In this document: positions 42,609 through 55,188 of the stretch, one piece after another | How the letters are laid out: every line of letters starts with the position of its first letter | How positions within the stretch are numbered: position 1 is the stretch's first letter | DNA from: the human T2T-CHM13v2.0 reference genome, Homo sapiens | Strand: one strand, 5' to 3' | Assembly (NCBI RefSeq): GCF_009914755.1 | Contig: NC_060936.1 | DNA length: 64,000 bases | Notes under the pieces: model-generated | The model's input: the letters and a program-made list of their open reading frames with translations, nothing else | Databases searched by the model: none | What the model was told of the DNA's origin: nothing | Made by a program: the position numbers and the translations under genes

Positions 42609-43911
42609 AGGGCCTAATTTTAAGGTATTGTGGTTACAGACTTTTTATTCGAATTTAGTGCTTAGAAGTCCAAGATCACAAAGATACACCTGACCCACGT
42701 TGAAGGGGAAGAGGGAGTGAGTTATGGTATAGAGAAAGGAGGATACAATTGTCCAAAGTGAAGATAATTATTACCAAAAAAACCAGAAAGCACATTCATT
42801 AGAGCAGGGAGCAGCCTTCAAAGCAGCTCTGTCCTATGCAAGTAGACCTGAGGGGAGGGGAGCTTTGCAAGGATGTGCTGGGGTGGGGATCGTATAGGAA
42901 ATCCATGCCTGTGGCCACATTTCCACAGCTGTGAGTAGGGCCACTCTACCTGGAGCTGATCTTGCCCCAAGGACCAGAGTTAAAGGGGAAAAGGCTAATC
43001 TGGGGGGAAATCCACACTGAAGCAGTAAAAGCCATCATTTTCTGGGAAACAGAGTCAAACGGAGTTTAACAACTTATCTCTGTTTCTATACATTTTCTCC
43101 CAGCATCACATTTGGTAACTGTTTTTGTTTGCCATGCGGCTCTGTGTGAGGTGCCAGCACCTCTGATGTGGGCGAGGAACATAGGTGAGGCTGAAGTACA
43201 CACATTCTGGCTTGGAGTTGTTCTCTGAACATTAGGCCTTCCTAGGGCTTCCTCAAAGCACCCCAGTTGACCAGGCAAAGGAAGGGTGACTTGTGGACTT
43301 CCACCACACTGCCCCCACATGCACACTACTGCCCGCTCTTCGTGCCAATTACTCTCACCGGAAGAGGAACTCCCTATCCAATTGCCCTCCCCCAACCTTT
43401 CCTCTGATTACAAACAAAACAAACAAATGTTTCCACACTACTTCAAGGAACTGTGGCACACTGGAAAATACCCAGATGAACAAAGAATTCTATTTCCAGA
43501 TTGCATGTGATTCGTGCCACCCATGTTGACTTCAGCTGTTGCACACTCAGTTCTTTTCTGAGGGGAACTATCATTTAAAGCTGTGCGTGTTAAGAATCAG
43601 GAAATCCTAAGCCACCCAATGGTCTGTGCCCACTGAGCTCAAGCAGGGCATCAGACACCATGTGATGCACCAGTACTAGTTGGTACATTGGGGAATTGAC
43701 CAAATCCCAATAAGCCTTAGGCACACTAGTCCATCTGGATTAGCTCATCGGTGTGGTTCAAGTCACCAAATTTTTTATACCTCATGTCTTGCTGTGTAAA
43801 ATAGCAATCATAATGCCTTTTCATACCAATGCAGATATTACTTAGAAACATGGCAAGAAATGAATAAAGCACTTTAAAGTATTGCAAACAAAAAAGTTAT
43901 ACACATCCAAT

Positions 43912-43917
43912 TTTATT
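43912..43917 (-). terminator. ITPR2: Distal polyadenylation signal AATAAA of ITPR2
   Basis: Plus strand reads tttatt. Downstream on the minus strand is ttggatgtgtataacttttttgtttg, a GU/U-rich element. Confidence 0.7.
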
Positions 43918-45075
43918 AACATTCACTTATAAATTATCTGCCCTTGTCATATATTGGAATCGTGTTTTTTAGGCAAATATAACAATCCTCTACTGCAGGA
44001 GAGAAAGTCTTCTTGGTGATATGAGAAATACTGGTGTGATAATTTCATAAATTATTCAAGTCTGTGGAAACACTCCAGTTCAGAGAAGGGTACCTGGATT
44101 TGTTTTCAGCTTTCTCAATTTTCACATGCACGTTAGGCTATCTGGTTTTGATAGTGCGTGTTTTCTTCTATTAAGTGAGATAGCTTTCTCAATAATTATA
44201 TCAGAAACAGCAGCAGTGAGTGACTAGAGGGCCTCTACTGGCCTCAGGCATTTTCTAAAAACCGGAATTAGCTGTCAAATTTTGAGAATACAGAGCTTCC
44301 CACGGCCTCCCCCATCCCTGCATTTGGTGTGCACCTCACAATTTCATGCAATTTAGTGACTTGCCAAGCTCCTGCAGGCATCTGTGTTTGTGCTGAAGAT
44401 GTCTGTCTCCTCTGCGGTGCACCGTGTCGTGTATCACAGCATATTGGAATGGGTCTGTAGGTAGGAATAGCTGATTTGTTATTCAGGATGGCTTTAACAG
44501 CCGCTGGAAGGAACACACCATCTTATGGTAGTTGCTCTTCCACACAGCTTTGTTCTCTGCATGGGTGAGGGGTATCTCTGGGGTCCATCAACTATTACAT
44601 CATGATGCCTGTGCAATATTTACTTGCTTACGTCCAATCTACTGGGTCCCTGAAGAATAAGCTTTTTTCTTCTTCTTAGCTAATATTTACCCCTCCTTTT
44701 CTCTAATGATAGAGTACTGGGAAGCAGAAATCCCTATCTCCACCTTCTCTCACCAACTCCCCAGCCTCCCCACTCATTCTCAGTCCTGGGGACTGGGGGC
44801 TAGTGGCTGAGTGTGGGCTATACTGCCTTGCTGTTTGCAATGAAACAATTGTAAAATAAAGAGAGCAGCCAAAACAGGGAGTTATGAGCTGAGAATATGG
44901 GAATAAGCACACAATTAGTTCTGACGAAAGAAATATCTTCCTGATGTTATTAACAATCTACTAGAAATTGTGTCCTCTTTACCAACAGAAAAATATTGAT
45001 GTGCAAGAAAATAAGCTTATTTCTAACTTAATTTTTTAAGGGGTAGAAAATATGATAAATTTTGCATACATACAA

Positions 45076-45085
45076 TTTATTTATT
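45076..45085 (-). terminator. ITPR2: Alternative polyadenylation signal (overlapping AATAAATAAA) in the ITPR2 3' UTR
   Basis: Plus strand reads tttatttatt. A UGUA lies upstream (plus taca 45106-45109) and tgtatgtatg lies downstream on the minus strand. Confidence 0.6.
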
Positions 45086-47942
45086 TATATTATAGCCCTG
45101 TATGATACAAGCATTTTCTCATCTAAAAGTGTTATTTTAACTCAGAAAACATACTGGCATTAAGCTCTTGAGCCTCAGAATGGAGCACAGAGGGAACAAA
45201 ACCCTTTTGAAATTAAAAATATTATTCAGCAGAAACTGATACTTTTGAACCAATATGAATTTGAAATAACTAAATATTTTTTCAAAATCTCCCTTAACAT
45301 CAAAGTTCAAGATGATTGCATTTATTTTGATGTCACTATATAAATACAAGGATGTTAACTGATACTCACCTAAGTCAAATATTCCAGTTGCATTAACAAA
45401 CATACACATAACAAATATAAATTTATATCAAATGTCAAATTTCCCCATTATCTTCTCCTCTTCTTCATTAGGAATTTGATGTTCTGAAAAGTGCCTTTTT
45501 TGTCTGCTTCGATTTTTTGTTGCTGTTTTTTTTTTTTTTTGCTTTATAATTTCTAAGCATTTAGGCAGAAAAGAAAGAGGCATTAAAAATACAACTCAGA
45601 AATATTTAAATTTTGATGAAATAAGAGTCTTGTTAGTTGCAGTCTCTTTTGAATACTTTCCTTGGGAGAAAATATGCTGTGAAACAGTGATCTGCCACTA
45701 CAAAGTGGTTGGGGACATTAGGTCATTTCTAGAAAGCAATTATATACACCTAATGGCTTATTCCCTACAAAATGAACTATTATGGTGTCAGAAAAGGCTA
45801 GATACTTTATCATCTGAAAGACAGGTTGCTCAGATGTATACAAATGAATTTATTCTCTTGACCTCTAGTTCAGATGTCAGAAATATTTTGTACTAAAACA
45901 GAGATAGGTTCCTATATTGGAATATGTTCAATATTTACTACCTTTCTCTTCTATTCTCTATCCATAAAACTCTGCCTGATTAAAATATTTTAAAGTGTAC
46001 TTTTTACCTGATACTGTTAATAGCATTGATGATCCTGGATTTTAAAGATGGCTGCTTTAGTCTACTTTGATTTTGGGAAAGCCATTTTAAACAAACAAAT
46101 ATGTGGTATCATTTAAAGTTTTATAAAGAATTAAGAGTAACTGAATGACAGCTGAATTTCTCATGTATTTATTGACTGCCTCCTAGGTTCAAAGTTCTGT
46201 GCTGCATGCAGACATATCAAAATTTCTTATATCTTTGGATCATGAATGTCAGGGTCTTTCAGCTCCTGGTCAGAAAAAATACTGTCATGTCAGAGTGAGG
46301 AATTCTTAGTATGAGGTGGTGCTGGGGAGTACCAGTAGCTTCAGTTCAAAAATTCATTGCTCTGGGTCCCAACAGCTTTGTTCCAAGTCTACATCTTAAC
46401 AGTATGTGGAAGGATTGGTTCAGGCTTCCTTTATATTCTACATAGATCTTGATTTGGGATTTTTAGGAACCAATAGCTTAAGCTATGTTAGAACAATCCA
46501 AAAGCTTTAAAAATTGTCAGAGCAAACCCTATAGCAAACCCTATCTAGACCTTAAACCTTGGCGTTGATAACTGAGAATTTAAAGACTCTGGAGGCAGTG
46601 TTTTGTTCCTGTGGGGGAGAGGCCAGGTCAACTTGCAGAGTATCTCCCAGAGTCTGGTATCAAGTGTCTTCACTCCCTGTCACATCACTTTTTTCCCAAC
46701 ACTTTCATTATCCATATTTTGCTCTGCTATTCCAAATGTGTAGTCTCTAAGAATAACCTGAACACACCAGGTTATTCTCTCCCTCGACAAATTCTGAGTG
46801 CATGATTTAATACAAAAACAATTTGAATAAGAGATTTTTATCTTGCTACATTTTGAAAAGCCCTTACAGATACAGTTTTAAATATGTAATTGAAATGTGG
46901 CATTTTCTTGAGTATTCAATACATTTCTTGGATTTTTTTTTCCTAACTGCAGGAACAGCATACATAAAAACGCTCGGGTCCTGAAGCAATTCTTTAAGCA
47001 CAGCAAACGTTGAGTCAAATGGCTTTCACTCCATGTTTATAAAAGGCAATGCCACCATCATAAGTTTCTCAATAATTCCTATCACTTCTAAGCATTTTCA
47101 TGTATTAATCTCAATATATTTTAATAGCATACATATGGTCTCAAAAAACCCTTTCCTGGGGCTTACTGTTGGCTTTTTATTCCCCCAGATCTTCTTAAAA
47201 TCTTAGCCTATACATGACTTAGAACATGTTTTTAACAAGTTATATGAAAATCTCCTTTTGTGCTCCACATTGACAGAGCCTGTCTGAATCCCAGAGAAGG
47301 CAATCACATCCTGTTATGTTGTCAGTGTGAGAGGCAAAAGCTCCAAAGTACTAAGTTCCTAGAGCTGTAAATCCATTGTGCTTCATGTTATAAATAAAGA
47401 AATTGCCCTGTGACAGCTACAGTTTGGAAGCATTATCATTTCTCTTTTCAGCTCTCACTTTTAATCTTTTCAGTTATTTTCCTTAGTAAAACTTAGCCAC
47501 CAAAGTATGACTTCTTGTGTCACAAACCTATATGCCACAATTAAAAGAAAGAAATTCCAGCCAACCATGTCAGTGGCTGTAGTCAGCATTTAAGACAAAA
47601 CTGACTCCTATCGATTTAGCAGAAGAGAGTTCTCCCTGCCCCGTGTCTCCTTCCATCCTGCCGCTCCCTGCCCTCTCCAGCCTTTTGGGCAAGCCTTTTC
47701 TTCCTGATGCATTGCGAATGTGTGATGTACGCTTTCTAGCAGATGCATTTGAGGTTAGGTCTTCGCAACCATGAAAACACAGTTATAAATTGTTCTCGGA
47801 GCTAACCCACTCAACATCTTGGCACTTGGTTGTTTTTAACTTTTCAACAATAGGCACTGTTCACTCCCCTCCATCTCAGTTCTTTATTCAGTGATCAGGC
47901 AGGACACTGATGAAAGGCTAGTCACGGCTTCCCCCCATGGTA

Positions 47943-48029
47943 TCAGTGTGGTGGCATGTGATGATTCACATGGGGTGTGTTTGATCCGAGGAAGCCCAGT
48001 CTCTGCTTATTCTTCCTTTGTTCTGTCAT
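47943..48029 (-). CDS. ITPR2: ITPR2 last exon, coding part: MTEQRKNKQRLGFLGSNTPHVNHHMPPH-stop
   Basis: Polypyrimidine acceptor ctctctcttttcccccag|ATG (AG at 48031-48030), in frame with the previous exon, with TGA at 47945-47943. The ...GSNTPHVNHHMPPH end is the type 2 paralog C-terminus. It is not in the ORF track because it is shorter than 60 aa. Confidence 0.96.
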   Translation of the reverse strand: MTEQRKNKQRLGFLGSNTPHVNHHMPPH

Positions 48030-48712
48030 CTGGGGGAAAAGAGAGAGTGTGTGTTCAGCGGATTTTCTCACTCTTACCCAGTGCTGGTGGGCCACAACCG
48101 TTTTGAGTTAATATTCCCCAACTACCTACTGTCCAGCATCATATAGAATATATTTATCAAAAAAGGGATTTTTTTAAAAGTGAATTTCCATAAACAGAGA
48201 AAAAGAGCAAACCCCTCTGTGTGGTTAGGAAGCAGGAGCCATTTTAGAAAACAGATCTTGCCTGTCACATAGCTGTCACCATCACCACAGTCATTTTAAT
48301 AGCTACCATGGTTACTGTTGATATTTTTACTAACAATTTTATATGATAAAGGGGTTCATTATAGCATTGAAATGGCAGATACTAATGAGGATTTGCCTTT
48401 CCCATGGGCTTAGTAATTACTATCATGGCAGAAAATGATTTTTTTTTAAATGCAAAGAGGTGCTTGTATTTTGGCATTTTATCCTTTCCCCCTTCCATAG
48501 AAGGAGAAGTGTCGTGTGAGGCTCAGGGAGATGGGATAAGTAGAAGTCCCCGTTTGCTGGGATGTGGTTCTACAGTACAACGTGAGGTTTCTTTCTCGGA
48601 GTTTGCAATTCTCTGTGGATAATGACCTGGCTCCCTGGACCCTCTGTCTCCCCTCACCGGAAGTGGTGAATGACTTTATCCCACCCAGCCCCATCTCCCT
48701 GAATGCACCCAC
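48030..48712 (-). other. ITPR2: ITPR2 last intron (683 bp, GT-AG)
   Basis: Canonical donor and acceptor joining the two coding exons in frame. Confidence 0.93.
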
Positions 48713-48874
48713 CTGCTCCTTGAGCTCCGCCAGCTGACCCGACAGCTGTTTGACCAGACTCATGGTCGATTCCAACTTCTCCTGAAGGCTCCGAATTTCA
48801 TTTTGCTCACTGTCGCCTTCATTGCTAACGAGGGACATGGCTCGCATCCGAGGAAACCAATCCAAATTCTTCTC
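48713..48874 (-). CDS. ITPR2: ITPR2 penultimate coding exon (162 nt, 54 codons, phase 0/0), C-terminal linker/coiled-coil of IP3 receptor type 2
   Basis: Translates to [54 protein letters not shown], the recognisable IP3R C-terminal tail. The acceptor is tttcag|GAG (AG at 48876-48875) and the donor is CAG|gtgggt (GT at 48712-48711). Confidence 0.97.
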
Positions 48875-51040
48875 CTGAAAGCAAATAAATGTGTGCGAAC
48901 AAGGGAATAAGTATGGAAGGGGAGAATGTCTATAGCTGTTTATTATTACTAACATTTAAACCAAAGTCTCTTAGCACTCAAATTGGAGAGAGAAAACCTG
49001 GCATAGGGAGGGGCTGAAGTAGGGCTTAGACACTGGTCTTCACGGGCTGGGGGAAGACCCCAAATATTGAAGCAAACTTTATACGGGCTTCCAGGGAGGT
49101 TCCGGCTGAGACATTTAGAAAGCACCGTGAAGGCTGCAGGCATTCAGTGAATGATGGTGAATGATGAGGTGGGGTCTGGAGGCTGGGGGAGCAGATCCAA
49201 GTGTGTGTGGGTACAGCATAGGCATGCACTGTTTCTCTTTCCCCCTGGCACACAAGAGAAGTGGGGGGATGGTATAGGAAAGTGGTAAAAGAAATGTTTC
49301 AGCCTCAGCCACCCACACTACTTTACCTCCCACTTCCTCTGTAAAGGCTCCCCACCAGCTCTGCCTCCCTCAGAGCTCCACTTGAGGAAGAGGGAAGTGG
49401 GAGGGCATGGCCTGAGGTTACTCTGTCTGCTCCCTTTGGAAAGATTTTATTGCAATGGGTGAGAGTTAGACTTCCCCACAGGGCAATAGCTGGTTCCACT
49501 TCTGTTTTTGTAGGCAGCCTGGGTGTATGTAGGTGTTTTGTGTGTGTGTGTGTTTTTCCTCCAATCGTGGCAGACTGACAGATGCTTTCTTCAAGACTCT
49601 GCTCGATTGTCTAACATCATAGAATCACTATGCATTACTTATATGACATTTTTCCATCCTCCCCAAAGCTCTGCAAGGTAAATCATGTGGTCCCCATTTT
49701 ACAGATAAGGAAACAAGAGGCTCTAAGTTTCATTACTCTTGTCACAAGCTAGTAAATGGCAAAGCTGGGATTTGAAGCCTCTGCAGCATTGATGGGGTGT
49801 GCCAGTCTTTGTCTCTGTCTACTCACCTATTTCTCTAAATCACCTTCTCCCAACATCCCTAGCAGTGAGCATCATGCTTGAAACTCTTTCCATTCCAGAG
49901 AAGTCCACTGAAATGGCTACAACAACCTCTGCCTGTGGGATCCCTAGAATGAGAGTCATTGGAGTGTTCTTCCCTAAGTGACAGTGGCAAGGCCCAATTT
50001 GTGTATCTCTAGACTGCAGGCTCAATCTTACCTGGCCCTTGGGTTGGCTTTTTGTTGTTGTTGCATCAGAGAATAACAAGTTCTTTATAGTTCCCTACCC
50101 CCAATGGCAGTGAAAAGGGATGATAAAGAACTAAAGATAAAATATATTGAAGAGTTTTAAACTGCATTTAAACAGCTGTAGCTAATTAGCATTTCAAAGG
50201 TGAACAGTAACTTACTCTAAAGTGCAGAGTGACAGATTCATTCATTCAGTCAATCCTTCAGCATCTATTGTTAGGTATTTAGGGGTGAAAGTCAGATAAG
50301 ACTGTGTGTCTGCTCTCAAGGAGCTTATGGCTCAGGACAGCCCTCCACAAAGAGTGGGCTGCACACTGTGTGTATCAAAATCCCCTGGTTGCTTGTTAAA
50401 ACTGCAGATTCCCACCCCACCACCTCTTACCAAATCAGGACCTCAGGGAATGTGTGTGGTTCTAATATCATTAAAGTGTTAAGGACTCTGGTTTACAGAA
50501 ACAGAGAAGACAGTGGCTGGGTAGGGAGACAGAGCAAAAGGGAAAGATCTGAAATAGGCATGTGGGGGAAGAGCAGAGGAAACCTAACAGGGGCCCATGA
50601 AATGCTTGCACGGTAGTGTGGCTGGGCCAGCTGCTCACACACAGCCCAAGTGGATGTGCAGATGAGGCAGAAAGCTGGACTGACACAGCATGCTGTGTCT
50701 CTCTGGGATGAGCATCAGGAAGATCAAGGTTTAAGGGAGCTGGGAAGATCAATAGAGTGGTGGTTGATGTGATGCATGTTAATGTGTGAACTGGTAGGAA
50801 GGAGGGAGGAGAACAGACCTGTGCTAAATGCTCTTTAAGCACTTATTCCTTTCAACAATTCTGTGAACTTAGGTTCTGTTATCTATCCAGTATTTATATT
50901 ACGTATTATCTGAATTTTACAAATGAAGAAAGTGAGGTGCCATGGTTTAGATATGGTTTGTCTGCGTTCTCCAAACCTCCTGTTGAAATTTGATCTCCAG
51001 TGTTGGAAGTGGACCGAATGGGAGGTGTTTGGGTCACGGC

Positions 51041-51070
51041 GGGGGGGGGGGGGGGGGGGGGGGGCGGGGG
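51041..51070 (+). repeat. G24-C-G5 homopolymer
   Basis: Seen directly. Confidence 0.97.
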
Positions 51071-51128
51071 TCAGATCCCTCAGGAATTGGCTTGGTGCCA
51101 TTCTCACAGTAGTAAGTGAGCTATCATT

Positions 51129-51456
51129 CTTTTTTGTTTGTTTGTTTTTGTTTTTTGTTTGTTTGTTTGTTTTTAAGACTGAGTTTCACTCTTGTTGTTG
51201 TCCAGGCTGAAGTGCAATGGCACAATCTCAGCTCACCACAACCTCCGCCCCCTGGATTCAAGTGATTCTCCCGCCTCAGCCTCCCAAGTAGCTGGGATTA
51301 TAGGTGTGCGCCACCATGCCCGGCTGATTTTGAATTTTTAGTAGAGATGGGGTTTCTTCATGTTGGTCAGGCTAGTCTTGAACTCCTGACCTCAAGTGAT
51401 CCGCCTGCCTCGGCTTCCCAAAGTTCTGGGATTACAGGCGTGAGCCACCACGTCCG
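51129..51456 (-). mobile_element. AluSp-like nested in the MST LTR
   Basis: Dimer with (GTTT)n tail and degenerate TSD gtgagctatcattctt / gtgagttctcactctt. Confidence 0.92.
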
Positions 51457-52445
51457 GTGAGTTCTCACTCTTAGGAGCCTGGATGGGTTCTCGGGGGAGT
51501 GGATTAGTTCCCATGAGAGTGCGATGTTATAAGCCAGGATGCTTGGTTTGGTGTCTTTTTGCACATGCCCACTTCCCCTTTGGCCTTTCTCTGCCATATT
51601 TTGACGCAGCACAAAAGCCCTCACCAGAAACCAAGCAGATGCTGGTGCCACGCTTCTTGTGTAGCCTTCAGAACCATGACCTAAATAACTTTCTTTTCTT
51701 TATAAATTACCCAGTCCCAGGTATTCCTTCACAGCAACACAAAATAGATTAAGAAATGAAGCTAGTAACTGGATTAGCTGGGATCCCAACTCAGATCTGT
51801 CTGCATCAAAGTCTGTTGGCAAGACAGGAGATTGTGGACAGAAAATAGAATAACAAAATTTAAAATTCCGAAGGTAGAACAACTTCAGGAAATGAAAATT
51901 TTGGGGTGAGAGTGCCTTAAGTCTGGTAAAAGTAAATATCACTGAACTTGGGAAGTTAGTGTTTAATGGATGCAGACTATTAGCTGGAGAAGATGAGAAA
52001 TTTCTGGAGATAGATTAGTGATGGTTGCAGAACAATGTGAATGTGCTTCACGCCACAAAACTGTACACTTTAATGGTAAAATGGTAAGTTTTGTGTTATA
52101 TATATTTTACCACCATTTAAAAAAAATCACAGAATTTGCAGAGGCTAATCTTTTAGATGAATTGTGCACTAAACTCCTGAAGTCATCCTGCAAGTCAGTA
52201 GTTGGGGTAGATGAGGAGGCTGTGGGTGGCCAAGGGCCAAAATCTGTATGAATGAACAAAAGTGACCAGGAGGTATTAAAGGATAGGATGGGAAGGATTA
52301 GAAAAGTGCATTTTTATGGGAGGTTTGAGGTGTGTTGATTTCTTGGTGATGAGGAGCCCAGAGTGCTGACCCTTTTCTAGGGCTCTTAATACAGACAGGG
52401 TGAGAAAATAGGCAGCTGCCACCAAGGGGCTAAAGGAGAAGGGGG

Positions 52446-52800
52446 TCACCATGGTTTGAATGCTTGTCCCCTCCAAAATTCAATTTAATTTTTAAATTTA
52501 ATTGGCGTTGTAACAGTATTAAGATGTGCGACCTTTAAGATGTGATTAGACTATGAGGCTTCCACCTCATGGGGGTGGGGATTGGTGCTGTAACAAAAGG
52601 GCAAGTTTGGTCCTTTCTTGCTCTCTCTCACCCTCTCACTTTCCATCCTATGATGATGCAGCAAGAAGGCCCTCACCAGACGTGGGCACCTTGAAAACAG
52701 ACTTCTCAGCCTCCAGAACTGTGAGCCAATAAATTTCTGTTCATTGTAAACCACCCAGTCTCACGTATTCTGTTACAGCAACACAAAACAGACTAAGACA
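52446..52800 (+). mobile_element. MST-family solo LTR
   Basis: atggtttgaatgcttgtcccctccaaaattc...agcctccagaactgtgagccaataaatttctg...cagactaagaca. Confidence 0.85.
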
Positions 52801-53835
52801 GGGCTCCTCTTGGGAGAGCCAAGAAAGCAGCATTCTGGGAGAGATTTTTTCAACATATAACAGCACAAGGATTCCAGAGGGGTTGTTGGGGCAGGGGGAT
52901 TTGGGAGCATCACAGACTGGGCTTGGGGTAAGAAGGTACCAGGAATGTGAGGGATGGTGAAAACATCAACCTGCAAAAAGGTTCCAAAAGAAACAGATGC
53001 AAAACCTTGTTCTAACAGTAGACTGCAACTCTCACAGATAGTGTGTGAGCATTTGTAAAGTTGCCTCCAAAGAAACACTATTGCAAGCATCTCAGGGGCC
53101 AGGATCAGCCAAGTCCATGGCCTCTTGCTTTTGAGGAAACAATGGCAGCTCTCAGTGGACCATAGCTGGTGCCATTTGAGCCACAGAACTCCCTTTCCCT
53201 ACACTCTCTTTTTTCATTTGTTTCTTTGTTCATCCATTCACTTAATAATCCTTGCTTGTGTTTACTATGTCTCTGTTAGGCACTGGGAAAACAATAGTAA
53301 GCAAAATCCAGCACAATTCTCGTGCTTATGGAACATATAGTTCATAGGTGGAGAGTAAGACTTCAAACAAAGGATGACAAAAGTAATGAGAAGCTGTGCT
53401 TAAGTGCAAAAGCTACACAGTCCTGTCATCTTTTCTCTTCGTTCCTAAATATTATTCTGTCTTCCAACCCTCTTCTGGTTTTTCTAATCTTTCTTTCACT
53501 CCTTGTATCTGTCTGTGTTTTGGTTTGTTTGTTTCTCAGCCTTTTCTCTCCTACCTTTCTGCTTCTTGTTCCACTCCTCCCTTCCCTTGTGTATCTGCTG
53601 GTCTTAATCTGAGACAAATATATAATGTACAACTAAAAATCATTTTAATATTGAATATTTTAGGGTTCCTTTTCTTAATTTTTAAGAGACCTGAGTTGAA
53701 TGCTTTACATTTCTCACTGCAATGGAAAAAAAAAACAACTTAAATTGATTGCTTTCTGTTCTCTTTTTTGAAGAAAGCAGTCTTGTAAAAATCAGTTCCA
53801 CAACTGATTTTTCTTCAAAATTACTGCAGAAAGTA

Positions 53836-54149
53836 CAGTAGTCCCCCTTATTTGAAGTGGATACATTTCAAAACCCCTAGTGGATGTCTGAAACTGTGGA
53901 GAGTACTGAATCCTAGATATACTACATTTTTTCCTATATATACATATCTATGATGAAGGATAATTTATAAATTAGGCACAGTAAGAGATTAACAATAACT
54001 AATAACGAAATAGTACAATTAAGACAATATACTGTGATAAAAGTGGCTTCTGTTTCTCTCTCTCAAAATATCTTACCATTTTTGGACTGTAGTTGACTGT
54101 GGGTAACTGGAAGCACAGAAAACAAAGCCATGGAGAAGGGGGATTACTG
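53836..54149. mobile_element. MER44A-like (TcMar-Tigger) MITE
   Basis: TA|cagtagtccccctt ... aagggggattactg|TA: terminal inverted repeats with a TA TSD. Confidence 0.85.
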
Positions 54150-54891
54150 TACATTCTTTTCATGAAAATTAACTCCAATATAGCAGCATTCTTACACAGT
54201 GAATATGCTTTTCCATTGAAAGTAGCTGCCAATTAAATACTCAGAGGTTTCTCTCTCTGCTCTTATGGCTTCCACAGAAGGCTCAATCTGAGCAGGGGAA
54301 GAGGAAGGTAAACCCCAGACTTTAACCTAAGCCAGAACCACAGGACAGACACACAGAGAAGATACTAGTTAACAGGACACCACTTCCTCTCCATGTCGAC
54401 TTGTAATATGTATGCCATCTAACAAAGCAGTTTGATTTAGTTTGTTATTTCTTGGTTTACTCATGCATGCTATGTACATCTTGCGATCATGCATATGATT
54501 ATTAGATTCCCAGGATGACTTTGGTCAAAATGAAATAATCTCCTTACTTCACCAGGAATAAACATATTTGACCACAGGGTAGTATAAAGTCAGGGAAGAT
54601 GTAGATTAACTGTTAGATTCTGAGGCTATAATGTATGGTCCTAGTAAGTGGGTGAGTGGAAATCCAGAGCTTCTCAAAGATTCTAAAATGCAAAACTCCA
54701 AGATGAACCATCATGTCCCTGAGAAGTCCCTTTAGGGCTCACACACCATGTCAACCATACCCTTTTATCCCTAAATTCTAACAGTTATCTATTTCTCTGG
54801 GCAATTAAAAGACCATTAGATAGAAGTGTAGAAACCTTGTAGTCATTCAATAAAATGATTAGGTTGCAAGTGTCAAAAGTCAGCTGCGCTG

Positions 54892-55188
54892 GGCCAGGCA
54901 CGGTGGCTCATGCCTATAATCCCAGCACTTTGGGAGGCCGAGGTGGGCAGATCACCTGAGGTCAGGAGTTCGAGACCAGCCTGGCCATCATGGTGAAACC
55001 CTGCCTCTGCTAAAATTACAAAAATTAGCCAGGTGTGGTAGCGGGCACCTGTAATCCCAGCTACTCGAGAAGCTGAGGCAGGAGAATCGCTTGAACCCAG
55101 GAGGCGGAGGTTGCAGTGAGCTGAGATCATTAACACAGCACTGCAGCCTGGGCTACAAGAGTAAAGACTTTCTCAAAAAAAAAAAAAA
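54892..55188 (+). mobile_element. AluSx-like
   Basis: Dimer with TSD aaaa(g/a)tcagctg(c/t)gct. Confidence 0.94.

Larger units (their letters stand above)
43895..47942 (-). other. ITPR2: ITPR2 3' UTR (about 4 kb to the distal poly(A) site; end approximate)
   Basis: AT-rich stretch following the stop codon with no obvious interspersed repeats. It ends at a minus-strand AATAAA (43917-43912) followed by a GU/U-rich element. Confidence 0.75.
50938..51756 (+). mobile_element. MSTB-like solo LTR containing a poly-G tract and an Alu
   Basis: tgccatggtttagatatggtttgt...ttctttataaattacccagtcccaggtattccttcacagcaacacaaaatagattaaga. Confidence 0.85.

Noticed and set aside
47891-48106. 71-aa plus-strand ORF antisense to the ITPR2 last exon
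   Set aside because: GTG start, short, no homology; expected as a shadow of coding sequence.
48479-48955. 158-aa minus-strand ORF as a stand-alone gene or an alternative ITPR2 C-terminus
   Set aside because: Only 48713-48874 is IP3R-like and it is bounded by canonical splice sites. The rest is intron read-through with no support.
53322-53743. Transmembrane-looking Leu/Phe-rich ORFs
   Set aside because: They are a by-product of pyrimidine-rich low-complexity DNA and have non-ATG starts.
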